Below, one piece after another: positions 48,517 to 62,609 of a stretch of DNA of 64,000 bases; positions within the stretch are counted from its first letter, which is position 1; every line of letters starts with the position of its first letter. Both the position numbers and the translations under genes were made by a program. The notes beneath the pieces are model-generated. The model was given only the letters and a program-made list of their open reading frames with translations. It was not told the origin of the DNA and searched no databases. The stretch lies in the NCBI RefSeq assembly GCF_009914755.1, contig NC_060930.1; one strand, given 5' to 3'. The DNA is from the human T2T-CHM13v2.0 reference genome, Homo sapiens.

Positions 48517-50879
48517 GGAAAAGTTTTACTCACAGTGTATTTACTAACTTACTCTTTACCCACCATTTTTATAAATAGCATCTAGAAATTAATATTGTGG
48601 TAAATATGTTCATTTAGCTATTTGTATTAATTTTAGCTTAATATATATAAAATAATGTTGCAATACTAAAATAATGCTACTCTGGATTTTATTTAGTAAA
48701 CAAGCCACTATTTATAAACACATTAAGGGTGAAAAACCCAACAAGCATAGCTTTGTGTGGTCCACTAATTAATTATGAGCAAAATTCCAAACATTATTAG
48801 CTGTTATCAAAATTACAATACCACCTAGCTCTAATAAAACAGAACAATCTGTTTGAACAGGGAGAGGAGAACTTTCATAGAGTGTTCTCTCTCATATAAA
48901 TTCTTAATGGACTATAAAGGACTTTTTAAGTGGTTTTAGATTTGAATTCAATTGCTCAAATCTACAACAGGCTTCCAAGAAGAATCTGAGCCAGATGACA
49001 CACAGGCACCCACCAACAGCATACACTCCTGCCTACCCTGATGAATACAAAGTCAAACATGCTCAACTTCTTCCTAAGAACCATGGGAATAAACTAGTCA
49101 TATTTACAATCGTGGTGTTTATTCATTATAAACCTAAACATGAAATTATAAAATGAAAAAGGTTTCGTATTGCAATTTTGCGCTGTAACAAATAAAAGTG
49201 GTTACAAACTGTATTAAGTTATCACGGGGGCTGTGTCCACACAGGTGAAGGGACAACAGGACTGATCAGAAAGAAATGGGAGCTTGTAGAACAAAAACAA
49301 ACAAAACCGTAACATTACTTGACCGTAGAGGTTTGTTCCATCCACATCACCTATTCACAGAGATTAAAAGTATCCAGTCTTTGCTCCAAGCACCTACTCA
49401 CTGTACCTGTAAGAGAGCTAATTCTTCTAGACACAAAAGGCACTATAGTATGCAGGGATATTAGGTCTAAATGCAAACATACCTTATTAATCCTCAGGCT
49501 TTCAAAGTACTCACTGCTCTTTAACAAGTAAAGCATTCTGCTCATAAGGAATCTTTATTATTTGAACATTCATAATTTGCTAACAAACTAGAGTGATTTA
49601 TGTTGCTCTGAGCACATCTAAAAATTACATAAGACAAGAAAACAATGAGTTTTAAAACTCATATAACATCATAATAAACTATATCGATTCATAAATATAC
49701 TAAGCAAAATAAGTTATCTTCAGAGACCCAATATGAAGTTACAGTTTGTGTATACTAATATATGGACAAAAATGTATTTTCAGTGCTAAAGCAGAAATAT
49801 TTATTTTTAGATCTTAGAAAATAGGTTAATTCACATTATACTTATATAACTGACTTGACAATTTCATTTAAAAATAATTGTATGAATAGGAACAAGCTGC
49901 TCATTCTAACAACGTCTTCATTAAGAAATTGTAGCAAATATTATTTGCCTCCCATAGCTTTTAGGGAAGCTAACTTACAAACCACCATGGTGTAGATATT
50001 CAAAATTTTAAATTTTATATTGAATTAAATTGTACTACCCTAACCAAAAAGATGATTATCATTCCTGATGAGTTAGTACCGTGGATTTCTGTTGTCTGTA
50101 TATATTATATATATTAATTTTATGTTAGTATCACTGATGTGCTAACATTGCACCTGGCATTGTTGAATTTGGGGATCTTCTAGCTATTCAAATACTCTTT
50201 CATATGGTATTAATTAAAACCAGTTCCCTCCAGCAAGGAAAGAACAATGTTTTAAACTCAAACTCAAATGCACCAAAACTTCATTTCACCGTAGTAAACA
50301 GTGGGAATGACAAGAGGTCCGATATAAAGTATCAGAGTCCTGCGGTATCTTCCCCTCACAGTTCAACGATACTGCCCACCTCGGTATTCTCAGCTTAGTA
50401 GTGTGACAGGAAGACTGAGTGGCATCATATCTGGGCTGGAGACTAGGTAGCGTGTGGCTGCTTATGAACCGCACGTCCAGGTGGGCACCTGTGAAATAAG
50501 TGCTTGAGCTGGCTCTGTGCCAAAATCTTTGCCACTTTAGAATTCTAGAGCCCATTTATTAAAAAACAAAGGATCCAAAACATCACTTTTTCCTTTAGAA
50601 TACATCATAACAAGTTAACATTTTGGTGGCAGGAAATACAGTTATTTGAATGAGGAAGACATTCTTGCAATCATTTCGAACAGCAGCTAAGGCAAATGAC
50701 AGGCCTCAGTCCCAGGCAGAAACAGCAAAGACGGATATGTTGACTATGTAACCTGAGCCCATCCATTTCTCTAGATAATTTGCCTCAAGTTAGACTGAAC
50801 TGTGAGCAGGCAGCACACTGGGACTGAAGTGAAGGAGGACACACAGCGGCCAATGCATATTTCCTTTCCCCCATGCCCA

Positions 50880-51210
50880 CTGCATTCACTGCTTGCCTCC
50901 TTCATCAGGACTTGGGGTGGTGAGGGTCCAATCCCAGGAGAGATATTATTGGAGACAGGATGGTCAGGGGGCCTCACGGAGAAGCTGATGCTTAAGTTCG
51001 AGTGTAGTTAAGGGAATGAGACAAGTAGATATCTAGGGAAAAAGAGTTACAGTCAAGTCCACATACATAGGCCCACAGGTAGAATCACATCTTAAGGAAA
51101 CACAGCCTAAGGCAGGTGCTTGCTGCATGGATGAGAAAAACAGAAGCATAAAAAGGCTAAGTGCCCTCTTAGGGTCATGTAGTGAGCATGTGACGTGACC
51201 AGGATTTTAA
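50880..51210 (-). mobile_element. L2 fragment
   Basis: ggatggtcagggggcctcacggagaagctgatgcttaag...gatatctagggaaaaagagtt. Confidence 0.55.
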
Positions 51211-54067
51211 GCCACAGAAAAGTCCAAGACCCAGGGTCTGGTGTGGACCTGGATATGAAGTTTTAGAGTGTGTCCCAGGAACCGTGATATGCACCCCTGA
51301 TTTGATAACCTTGCCTGGACCATAGTTTCTTGTGAGAACATTCCTCTCTTCTGCCCCATGGCAGTCGTCTGTTCCAGTAGTGGACATAATGTCTCCCCGC
51401 TGCATCCTCTGGGCACAGGGCCTGTAAAGGGCCGATGGCTGTATTCACACATGTTAACTTACTGAATGCTAACATGCAATTGTATGGGCCACAGGCCAGG
51501 CCCTCATCCACATTTCAGGATGTTCTAACAGCTTCTCTTTCCTTCTAACAGCAATAGCTACGCTCCCTGCCTGCTCCTTACTTTCCTGCTCTACTCACAC
51601 CTCCCTGTCAGGCTCCCCAGGGTCCAAAATAAATAAATGAATGAGCAAGAACACAGAAGAACAGTCCCTCTCTGCTGTTTGCTCTGGGTTTTTAATAGGC
51701 TACCCCCTATCCTTACTGTAATTACACGGTAAAGGGCCACGCTGTTGCAATTTTGTTTTGTTCTATAATTGGGTTAGCCAGGCACTAACCAGATGTTCAA
51801 CTATAGACTCCCACCTTTCACCAACCGCCCTTCCCCCCCATAATGCAATTCTCCCAATGTATTTGTTCACCCACCCCCCTCCCTCAATTAGAACAGCCCC
51901 AAGAGGTTCAGGCTTCCTGGGGACGAATATGGGGGTCAGCTATTAAGGTACGGATTTCAACTCTCAGAACCACCAGGAAAATGTCACTGGAGATGACAGT
52001 TCTTTAGCTTAGGTAATTCAGTTTCTTGGGCCCTTTCCCAGGGGCCACAGATTTAATTCCTATGGCTATTTTTATTCCCACCTCCATTCCTTTAACTAGC
52101 TTTTCTGTCTCATCCCTCCTAGATTCTAACTTCGTGCCAGGTCACTAACGCACTGGCCCCTTGACTCACAGTCAACTCTGCCTCCTGACTGGCATCCCAA
52201 GCTTGAAGTCCCACGTGGAGGAGTGTTCAGACTCAACCCCCTGGGGCTTCCACAGTCAGAATCTGCTAACTTGTCCCGCACAACTCTGTGAGGAAATCTC
52301 AGCTCCTGCCACATGGTCATGACCCAGTGTACCTCCCAGGCACTCATGCCTCCTAGCAGTCCTGAAACAAAATTAAACAAATAACTTACACAGAGACTTG
52401 AAAAGGAAAGTAATACAGATATTTAAAGGGTTAGAAAAGGAGTAGAAAGTATGGGTTATTCAATCTGAGTAAGAGAAAGTGAAAGAAAGACACACTCATG
52501 GTTTGTAACGCTGAGAAAGAATTTGAAAATCCTTTTCAAAACTAAAAAAAAGACTAAGTGACTTTCTGTCTCCACTAAAGACACATTCCACAATGGAATA
52601 ACTGTTGTTTCTTTGAGAAAAATCAAGGCAATTCCAACATGGCATTGTGAGGCAAAGGAAAGAAATACTGCACTAGGTTCACTGTAGAAAGATCTCACCA
52701 ACACCACTACTTTGAAAATGACATTAAGATTATTAAAGAAGCTCCAAGACATGGGGGACGAATCGAAAATCCGGACAGCAATTAAAGTTAAACAATTAAG
52801 CAACACTATTACTTACACAGCAAAAAATACACAAACCAACCAACCGCACAACCACAACAAAAAAAGCAGTTTCCTAAAACATTTTCTCCATCAAATGGGC
52901 AGGACTACGCATTGGATAATTTGTTCCTACTTGGATGATGTCATCATGCTAGGTTTAACTTCTTTTAATAACTAGTACATTTCAGTCATCTCTCACTTTC
53001 TCCCACATAAGATCAAACCAGCCTTTCAATGACCTACTTCATGAGTCATAATTTTTCTGTTTATGATTCAGAAAAATGTCTTCAGTCAGTATTTCCCAGA
53101 CTTCTGTGGGTTTATTCCAAGAACCAATTTCATCTTCGCTGGTTTCCTACAGGAAACCAGAGCAACTTCCTATTATTTTATTTTCCTTACTTTTAGCATA
53201 CCCTAGCCCACATCAAGTTAACTGGAAGTGAGAGCGGTAGGAGACTTTATTCCATACAAACAGAAGCCAACACAAACAACACCCAGTCTAGAAGTCACGG
53301 GTGCAAAATTAAATGCAAATGTGTGCTAATATTAGGACCTTTTTTCAAAAGGACACCAAACCAAATAACAAGAAATTTAATTAATCTTATGGCAAACATT
53401 ACACTGTCAGAAGTAACTTTTTTTGTCTAAATATATCTATGAATACAATAAATTCTACAAAGCTGATTAATATAGAGAAATTAACTATAAGAAACAAAAT
53501 ATGTATTTTTTCATCCTAATTCCTTCCCTAACAAGCTACTAGAAAACAAACAAACAATTGCAACCCACCATGGAGAGCCCTGGAGAGGTGAGGGAACACA
53601 GCAGCATGCTGCCAGCAACCTGACAGATGAGCAGTCTGTGATCACATGGCGCCATCATCCCAGGCCCCTTCCCCACGCCCGCTCTGGCCATGACGAAGCC
53701 TGTCCACAGATCACAGCATAAACAGTGGTATGGAACAGGGATTTCGAAGGACATTCTAAGAGGAGCTGTTCATACTAAGTACTTGAGAAGTATTTATTAT
53801 CTCAGACTATGTACAATTCAGAAAAAGAGGTTTCTGAATATCAAGAACTTTGATACAAACATATATCATATTCGCTTTCCATTCTTATAACTCCTGACTG
53901 CAGACGTAGTTTTGGGCTTTAAAAGCTCATTAAGTCATTAACTAGTAAGTAATAGGATTATTTTACATCAAACTCAAAAACCTATATATTAAAGGCAAAG
54001 GTCTAAGAAGAAAGCATTTAAGGAACATATTCTATTTGGATAAACCAAGAAACCTGAAACACTAGAA

Positions 54068-54200
54068 CAAGGGTTCTCAAAGTGCGGTTCCCAGACCAGG
54101 GACAGCATCATCTGGACACACCCTAAAAATGCAAGTTCGAAGACCCCACCCTAGACCTAAAGAATCAAGGATTCTGAAGAGAGGCCTGGCAACCCACAAA
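54068..54200. mobile_element. MER5A/B-like hAT DNA transposon
   Basis: ggttctcaaagtgcggttcccagacca...aaatgcaagttc...ccccaccctagaccta...gaatca. Confidence 0.75.
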
Positions 54201-54269
54201 TGATGCTACAAGCTTTACCCATCATATTCTCTCTTGTCCCTCTACATAAAAATTTCTGGAAAAAAATGC

Positions 54270-55480
54270 ATTCAATTTGCATTTCCCTTATAACCTCTCA
54301 ACTTCTAAACCCCTTGCACGCTGGCCAAGTTCTTCTGTCACATCACTAAAATGTTTCTTTAAAACGTCACAAATCCTCGCTGGCCTAACTGGCAAGGCCG
54401 GTGACTTTTCCTGGTCCTCATTCTCCTAGCCTCATCCCCTCTTGCTTGCAATGACCCAATTTCTTGACTGCCATGGCACAATCCCACCCTCTGCCTCCTC
54501 CACTTCAGTCATCAGCCCTACTTGTCCTCATCCCACCCTCTCACTATCAACCTGTTTCCAAGATTCAATCTTCAGTCCTCTACCCGTCTTTCTCCAGTTA
54601 CTACTTGGCATCTTTAAGACCTCAAGAGCTGAATATACAGCTCTGTACCCTAGATCTCTCTCAAAACTCACAGCATATTTGAAGCTACCTTATAGCCTGC
54701 TTCCCTTGAATGTCCTTCAAGTAACGCCAGTAAAATGTTTCCAAAAGGGAACTTATTTCTCCAACCCCACTCCAAAAGTTCCTCCTTGAATGTCGGTTTC
54801 TAGTACTGGTTCTATTGACCTTCTGGTCCCCTGGGCACTGGAGCCCTGGGTTTCCCTCTTCTCTAGTGACCACATCAGTGCATAGAGAAATCAGCCCCAC
54901 CTGGCATCCTGTTTCATTCCTCACTCCCACCCCCATTTCTAGTGACACCATCCTCATCCAGCAACTTCCTAGCTCTTCTTAAGCCCTACCTCTAGACTCT
55001 TACCTCTAGAAGTCATCACTGAATATATCTTCCCCCGTTCAAAACATGGGTAGCTGCCCAGGCACAGCCCAGCTTCCTACCTGACCTTACCTCACACTTC
55101 TCCTCATACTGGTTCTGCTCAGCTCATCTCGAATGCTCATGATGCTGCAAACATGTACCAAGTTTTCCCACTTCTCTTTGCCTCATATTATTACCCCCGT
55201 TTCAACTATTAGTTTCCCGCTACGTCTGTAACTCTGTAACTGTCCTCTCTATACCTCAACACCAGAGCCAGTGTCGGTTCCGCCTCGCACTATCCATCTA
55301 CCCCCAGACGGAAGTTCTCTCTTACCCTCCTCTAAAGAGTCAGACACTTGTGCCAATCACCCCTCCTAGAGTTGAAACCCCCACAGCAGAGGTGTATCTG
55401 ACACAGCTTTTCGTACTGTACCATGCATGACACCTTGCATGAGGTATGCACTCAACAAATATTTGTTGGAAGATTAAATG
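54270..55480 (+). mobile_element. L2 relic ending in an L2 3' tail
   Basis: Pyrimidine-rich L2-like body ending in gcactcaacaaatatttgttggaagattaaatga. Confidence 0.6.
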
Positions 55481-56583
55481 ACCTTACAAACCAAAATTCT
55501 CACTGAAGAGTGCCATTTCCGCCCATTAACTAACCATTAAGAAAAGCAGCCAAAATACCATAAAAAAAGATAAACTTCACATGTGTAGCAATGTAGAGGG
55601 AACCAACTCAATAGCCTATGATTTCTATTACTTACAGTACAACCACACCAGAACGATAACAAAACACTATCATGATCACTACAACTAAGAAAACCAACTA
55701 TAACATATTTCTGAACTATAAATATGTTTTGGGGAAAGGAAAGAATCAGCCCATTTAATACTAAATGACAAGGGGAAGGTCTTCTATAAATAAACCTTTA
55801 TAAAAATTTTCTGCATCTTTCATTACAATTTTCAGCTCCTAGAGGTGATAAACTATCTATGATTACAAAGGAAACTTCTTAATCTAAAGGAAACTGAATA
55901 ACAGAATGTTCATTCCAAAACATTCTGTTTTGTCTGGAAGATACTCTCATGGCTGGTCAGGAAGGTCAAGAAGCAGCCAGATGACTTATAATGTGGAAGA
56001 TAGACTGACTACCTCAATTAGGGAAAAATAAAGTCTTCATTCCTGGAATGATAAAAAGTCACCGCTTCTCTATAGGAAAGAAGGGATGTAATTTCTCAAG
56101 CACACAGTATGCATAAGAGACTTTCCAAAATGAAAAAACACATGGAGAATCATTTAGAAAAATAGCTAAGCTGTAACCTAAAGACCCTGATACCTTTCAC
56201 AGACTTTGGTGAAAGTCTGGATATAGAACAGAATCATCACAGATTAAGAAAAGAAAAATGTTTCTTCATAGACAGCACAGGCAGATATGAGGTATCATCA
56301 TTCATCGATATGTAGCCATCCTTCAAGGTTAACATTTGAAAGAAATACATATAATGAAGACTGGCAATCAGTTATAAGATTGAGTTTATTGCTATGTTTC
56401 TCTCACCATGTTCTCCACTTGGTTTCATTTTATCTAGTTCATGATTTCTTCCTTAAACAAGCAGAGGTATATAGAATAGGCATTTAGCTTCCATTCTATG
56501 CAAACATGGGGATACAGAAAAATAGCCAATCACCTAAGAAAAACTTTCTGAAATAAGACTCCTGTACTTGTTCATTAAATAGC

Positions 56584-56620
56584 AAAACAAACAAACAAAC
56601 AAACAAACAAACAAAAAAAA
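56584..56620. repeat. (CAAA)n microsatellite
   Basis: aaaacaaacaaacaaacaaacaaacaaacaaaaaaaa. Confidence 0.9.
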
Positions 56621-57410
56621 ACCTCATACATTTTCTGGACTTTTGAGGGGCTTTTATAACTTAAGAGTTACTTGCTTTTATTTCTCAGGTCCACTAACCA
56701 TCCTGTCTGAACAAGTATCTAAATAGAACTCCTATCATTCATGGCTTCAGATTTCACTTATTCATGTGAGCAGGAGGACACGGCAACAAAAACTTGAATT
56801 AAGCAGACCACTAGAACCCTAAGGATGGGCCTGTGATGTTTACCGTGATTCCTTCCAGAATGCGAATAGAGGGGAAAATCCACACTGGCTATATCACACT
56901 GAGGAGGAGGGAGACTAAAAAGCTTTCTTCCAATGATTTTTACCATTCACAATTAAAAAGTTAATTCAGCTAATTTTAACATATTATTGGGACTCAAAAA
57001 TATTCTCTCAGCCAGTAATTTAGCCGCTACCAAAAATTGATATTAACATAAAGGTTTTACTTAGTTACATCTTCCAACATTTTAACAAAACATTTAATTC
57101 ACAATCTGTTATTTGAAATGGCAGAAAACACATCCATGGGCCTCATGGCTACAGGGAACAACCCAAAATAAACAAATACTGCTATTCCAATATTAGTGGT
57201 AAGGTTTTATTATATTGTTTAATAACAGACAAGAGACTTTTAAAAAATCTATGAGTACTTCAATTAGGATTAATACTTAAACTAACACTGACAATTCAAC
57301 TTGAAGACTAAGACCAGTGATTATATTACTACACTGAGAAGCAGCAGACACAAGTAAAATACAGAACGCCACAGAAACACGGCCAGAGAAATCCCAATGA
57401 AAATGCTTAC

Positions 57411-57520
57411 TTTGACGTGGCTCTGGGCTCCAAGGTTGTAGATCTCTGTGGGCTTTACTTCATTAATGATCTTCACAAGGCAGGTACTGTCAGTGAGATC
57501 GCCATAGTGCAACTTCATGT
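57411..57520 (-). CDS. GMDS: GDP-mannose 4,6-dehydratase internal coding exon (110 nt; probably exon 4)
   Basis: Minus strand reads cctgaag|ACATGAAGTTGCACTATGGCGATCTC...CACGTCAAA|gtaagc = (N)[36 protein letters not shown], with the GDLTD and YNLGAQSHV motifs of GMD. Joins in frame to the 59109-59196 exon. Confidence 0.97.
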
Positions 57521-59108
57521 CTTCAGGATACAAAAACATCCCATTAGATAGAGAAAAGCAACATAAGCTCAATTTTTAAAAACATCAAAATTGAAATGCA
57601 TATTTGGAAAGTCTGAAAACCAGGGTCAAAATGGAAATGCTGTACTGATGGTTCTGGAGTAGCAGAATATAACTGTCACCTTTACCTAAATAATAGAAAG
57701 ATAGCTACATAATGCCTATGTCTGTAAAAGATTTTGGTGGTAAACTCAGAAAAATGTTTTTTAAAGCACAGTATCACGAACATGTTATACAATAACATAT
57801 CTTAGGGCTCCAGGTGGTTGTAAGATGTGTTCTGCAAGAATGAGATTCAGAAAAAGAAAACCTTGTAATAACATGTATACCATCTAAAGCAATCCATAAC
57901 ACTGATGATGATGAAGACAGCTCTCTTTTCTTTAGATACTTTTATCTAGTAATTTTCAAGTACTTTATAAACATCAACCTTAGGCCCTGACTGAATGCCC
58001 GATGTGGTGACATAATTGATTGAAGGACAACTCCTAAATCTAAACAGATCCTTACACTGACTTCATTAGCATAAGAATTTGATACATGTGGATGGGTGAT
58101 GTACTAACTTGATCTTTTCATCATTTTTACATAATATTGATCTATATCTACATCCAGTGGCAGGACTGTTCTGAACTTTGCACAAAAACAATAATGATTT
58201 TCAAAGACAACACACTTCATGACTTAAAGTGGAAAGCCTTTTACTGTGGACAACTGCATCATCTTCCTGATGCTGTCACTACCTATACAAGTAGCCCAAA
58301 CCTTCAAATATGCAGGGGTCAGGGGTGAATACAAAACCACATATGGTTTACAAGCTGACTGTATCGTCCTTGCTGGCTGGAAAAACTGGCCACATAATGC
58401 AGGCTGAACTTGGAGTTAAAATCCCTGTGTCCTGGTGACAGCTCTGCCTTCTTCACAGTGCGCAACCTCAGAAAACTCATAACCTCTCTGTCTCCATTTC
58501 CTCAACTATAATGTGCTCTCTGGGTCTCCCTATCCACCTCAGGAGTTACCATAAGCTCAAACAAGAAAACAGTCTGCTTGTGCTATATAAACTGTACAGC
58601 TGCATACAGACAAATTAATAAAAGCAGCAAAACAACTGCAAATGCTGACAATGATCAGTCATTTAGAACAGTTTTGATTGCCATTTATTTGGGCCTATCT
58701 TCACAAATTATTTTTAAAAATAATTAAATGTACAAAGATTGTTTAAATTGATTAAATTGGACTGAATATAAAAAGCGGGTCGGTGCACTGCCAGTGTGGA
58801 ACTGCTCTTACTTGAGGGGATAAGGACACCTGCAGAGCGGTGATCAAAGGCATGCCCTTTCTTGGTCTCTCCAAGCCATCTACTTCATAGCCTTCTAACA
58901 GCCAAACCATCATGACACTACGGCCTAGGGCAGTGAGCAGGGAAGGTTTTCAAGGCATGTAAATCGTATTCAGTGCAGTAATTCATGGGTAAGTAATTGT
59001 GACTTGTTGGGCTTTGACAAAAATGACATTTGAAAACACCTTATCTGAACATAGGAACATCTGAAAACACCTTATAGAAAGAGATTCTAGAAAAAGAAAA
59101 TGACTTAC
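57521..59108 (-). other. GMDS: GMDS short intron (1588 nt) between the two exons
   Basis: GT...AG boundaries with compatible phase. Confidence 0.93.
58400..58600. mobile_element. MIR fragment
   Basis: cagctctgccttctt...aacctctctgtctccatttcctcaactataa. Confidence 0.55.
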
Positions 59109-59196
59109 TTCCTTCAATGTGAGCCTGGGGATTCTTATACAGATGCTCAATTCGACCCGTATTAAATGAACTGGACCGCCGTACAATTCCATGGAC
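59109..59196 (-). CDS. GMDS: GDP-mannose 4,6-dehydratase internal coding exon (88 nt; probably exon 3)
   Basis: Minus strand reads ctcag|GTCCATGGAATTGTACGGCGG...ATTGAAGGAA|gtaagtca = [29 protein letters not shown](N), recognisable GMDS. AG acceptor at 59197-59198, GTAAGT donor at 59108-59103. Phase 0 in, phase 1 out, matching the next exon. Confidence 0.97.
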
Positions 59197-61749
59197 CTGA
59201 GTTTTTACAGTGTGGAAAGATAAATGTGCAATGAGGACTAATAAACAACTTCTTTAGCTAATGTTTAGCTTTATGAAAAAAATGATTTGTAAGCATTATT
59301 TTAAATTATTAGAAATAGTCCCACTGCTTACTTTCTCCCCAACCACTGTCCACCAGCTACGAACATCCTACCTCTGTCTTTCCCCAGCGATTTTACTGCC
59401 AATCTCAACAAACGTAATCAGGTAATTATGTGACTTCATGCTTAGTTGTAGATACTCAAATGTCTCCTTTTCCAAACACACACACTTACAGCCTAACTGC
59501 TGACAAAAATATCTTTTCCATTTGAAACTGAAGACAGACCATTCGAGGCCGTGTCGGTAAAACAGCCTTTGTGGCCTGCTCACCACAGAGCACCAGGCCA
59601 TCACAGCTTCTCAGTGGCCTCAGAGCTTGCACTTTGCATCTACTGTATGTATTTCTGGAGCCACAGACATCATCAGAGAGCAGATGTTACTATGCAGCTA
59701 AGTAGAAAAGTCGGAAAGCTAAAGAGCATGGGTAAGAGACAGCACTTATGTACTACTCGATTTAAGACCTAAAGAAAACTCAAACGAAGAGAGGATTCTT
59801 AAAATTGTTTTATCTTGACTTAACCATAGGTGGGGGGTGGGGGGACAGTTGATAAAACAGGAATGTAATGCATACTTGCCTGATATTGAAGAAAAGACTA
59901 TTTGTGTCTGACACACAGGAGAAATTGTTCCAGACCTGGTCCCACTTCCTTCTCATGTCAGATTGCTCCCTTTGTGCTGCCAATGCTAACACCAGCTTGT
60001 CACCAGCTGCCCAAGTTCCAGTTCTACTGGTGGCAGTTTTAATCCTTGACTTATTTTAGAAGTGTTCCTTCTTATGCTGAAAAGTTCATTTGCAGCTGAA
60101 TATACTTCTATATTTTAACTCAATCATTTCTATTTCAAACCAAAATTAATCCTTGGTATGACTCAAATATTCCAAATACGGAGGTAAATTATAAGAATAT
60201 AAGACTTTCTTTCAAACAGAAAGAAATGTCATCATTTTAAATGGCATACATGAGAAATTGACTTCTGCGAAGGATACAACACACCCACAGTTAATATTTC
60301 TGTTGGTTAGTTGCTTTGGAAGAAAAGCACTCATCAACATTATTTTCCAAAAGAACGAAACCCAAGAAAAGTTGGTAAACACGAAAATATTTTAGGAAAG
60401 GAACTTCGCAAACTTGGTTTCACATTTTAGGAGGCAAACATTCAACCCTAGGAAGCATTAAATTGAGATTTGGCTATACATATCCACTTCTTAATTTAAA
60501 CGTGGAGAAAACACTAATTTTAAGCTTATCTGTTCTACTTCATGATCTCCAATTTTTCAGGTTGCTACTTAATTGTAAAGTTGAACTGCTCTATAAACTT
60601 AATTTTAACAAAAAGTATATATTTCACATATATACTTATACATAGCAAAACTTGTGTTTACTATCAAAGTTACTTATGAAATAGATTTCTCAGATGTAAA
60701 TTCTCTGTTTTATTAAATAAAAAAAGTCTATATACTAAAAAGAGTAATTTAAGTTTGACAATGAAAAGAATAACAATAGTGTTATTTCGGCTATCTTCTC
60801 TAGATTGCTGGATTCTGGGGAAGTCACATATTCCAACAGCCCAAAATATAGAGACATGCCATTTATTAATATATATTCATTACATATAAACATAAAAAGC
60901 TTTGACAAAAATATTAAATGATTTTGATGCATTCCATCTAAAATGCAGACAACTATACAAAGTCAAGCCAATCATAACCAAGACTTTACTGTCACATTAA
61001 AAATCAAAAGCATTAAGCACTGGTTGCTTTTTTTTTAAATCAAGTGTTTTAATTTCCTCTAACTCCCAACATTTGGTATGTGTACACAGGGAAAGAAAGA
61101 CCTGCCAAATGCTTAATCCATGACAGCAGGTATTATTCTAAGAACTAATGAAAGCTGGGTCTGTCTGCTTCTGAGACAGGTGAAATACAAACTTCAAGAC
61201 AAGCCAAAATGTGTGCAAACTGCACAATCTAGTTAAGAATTTGAGATTAGCGGCTTTCTCTTTACAGAAGGGATGTAGGTAGAGCTTTTTGTTTGTTTTT
61301 ATAAGGATTTTGGGAGAAAAAGATATGAGGTGTTAGGAACCAAACTGAAAAGATAAAAGAGCTGAATTTGGCTTTATATAAACTTAATCAAAATCATTAC
61401 AAAGTTATAGTAGTTCAAAAACAAAATATAATTCTGAAACACTGAGGTCTTACAATAAATGAAAATGAGTTTTTTGACAAATTTCATGTCCCACTTAACA
61501 AGGTGATAAAATGGAAAATTTCAAGTTCTTTCCATTTAAAACAAAGTTGATTTAACTTCAAAATCCACAGTCAGATCAGGTAACATAACAGAAATGCTTT
61601 ATTATTTATTAATTATGATCAAGAAAATGGAAAATTATTATCACTGAATTTCAAATTCTTAGTGTCTAGATTTCTCTTGGAGGCAAGGACGACTCCCAGG
61701 GATGGTTAATGTCACTCACCTTTTGAAAAGTATAGATTATTTAAGTAAT

Positions 61750-61910
61750 ATCAATAGCTAACACTTACACAGCAATGATCATGTACTGGACACCGTTCTC
61801 TGTATGTATCAAATCACTTAATCATCACAACACCCTTACTATAATATTACTGGTCCCATTCCATGAATGAGGATGTTGCCTGAGATAACACAGCTAGTAA
61901 GTGGCAACGT
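61750..61910. mobile_element. MIR fragment
   Basis: aatagctaacacttac...cacttaatcatcacaacaccct...acacagctagtaagtggc. Confidence 0.7.
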
Positions 61911-62609
61911 TAAAGGACATAGACTTGGTCAGCCCTGCCAACACTCAGTATAGTTTCAACATGAAATCCATAAAAGCTTAGCCTTTTTTTTAATCAAAGT
62001 ATAAAGGCTTCTGGGATAACAACCCAGAAGAAAACCAGTTCAAGGATTCTCACAGATTAAGAAAGAAAGTATCTCCATGTTCTAACAAAAAATCTCCCAG
62101 AGATAACAATGGGACTAACCTTATATCCATTTCTTTTCTATGCTGATACTTCATGTCACAATTTACCTATTCTTTATTTTAAATTCTGATACATTGTGTT
62201 GTAGCTGTTACCAAGTTATTTAATATATTTTCATATAGTCCCAGATTTTAGCTTTTAAAGGGTTCAACATTGTCTTTACTTCTCTGGTTTTCCTCTGTAC
62301 TTAGTGCAAAATGGGTACAAAAGTGTGTTGGTTTATCTGCTAACAGTGGTGCTGGAAACACACTTAGAACTAGAATGCGCTTTCATAAAAAGCTTCATTT
62401 CTGTCAATCCTCCGTTTTCCCTTATGACAGGAAGAAATGCAAACAGCTCCAGCTTCCTAGGCAACAGAACATGCCTGCTACTCAGGAATACTCATTAATG
62501 AATCCAACTAAAGAGCCTATTAAAGATCTGTGTCCACTGGCTTGTCCACATTAGACCCCATGTCACTCTGCCACCTCCAGATCAATAAGCCCATGAGTCC
62601 CACAGAGCT

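Noticed and set aside
48200-48535. AluSx without an obvious TSD
   Set aside because: This is an older element whose TSD may simply have decayed; there is not enough evidence for an Alu-Alu recombination product.
56194-56220. Competing small hairpins (ctttcac/gtgaaag and cagacttt/aaagtctg)
   Set aside because: Arms of 7-8 bp are expected by chance and are too short for a miRNA or snoRNA call.
57321-57572. 83-aa ORF containing GMD sequence, as a standalone gene
   Set aside because: It is GMDS exon 57411-57520 read through both splice sites into intron. Only the middle 36 residues are real.
59030-59076. Direct repeat tgaaaacaccttat x2 near the exon 3 donor; similar short duplications at ~5143-5205, ~27512-27550 and ~42724-42750
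   Set aside because: Two-copy slippage duplications are common. There is no array structure and nothing CRISPR-like.
61710-61735. Strong minus-strand donor AAG|GTGAGT upstream of exon 3
   Set aside because: No convincing paired acceptor or GMDS-like coding sequence. The expected exon 2 (DGSYLAEFLLEKGYE) is not seen in the window.
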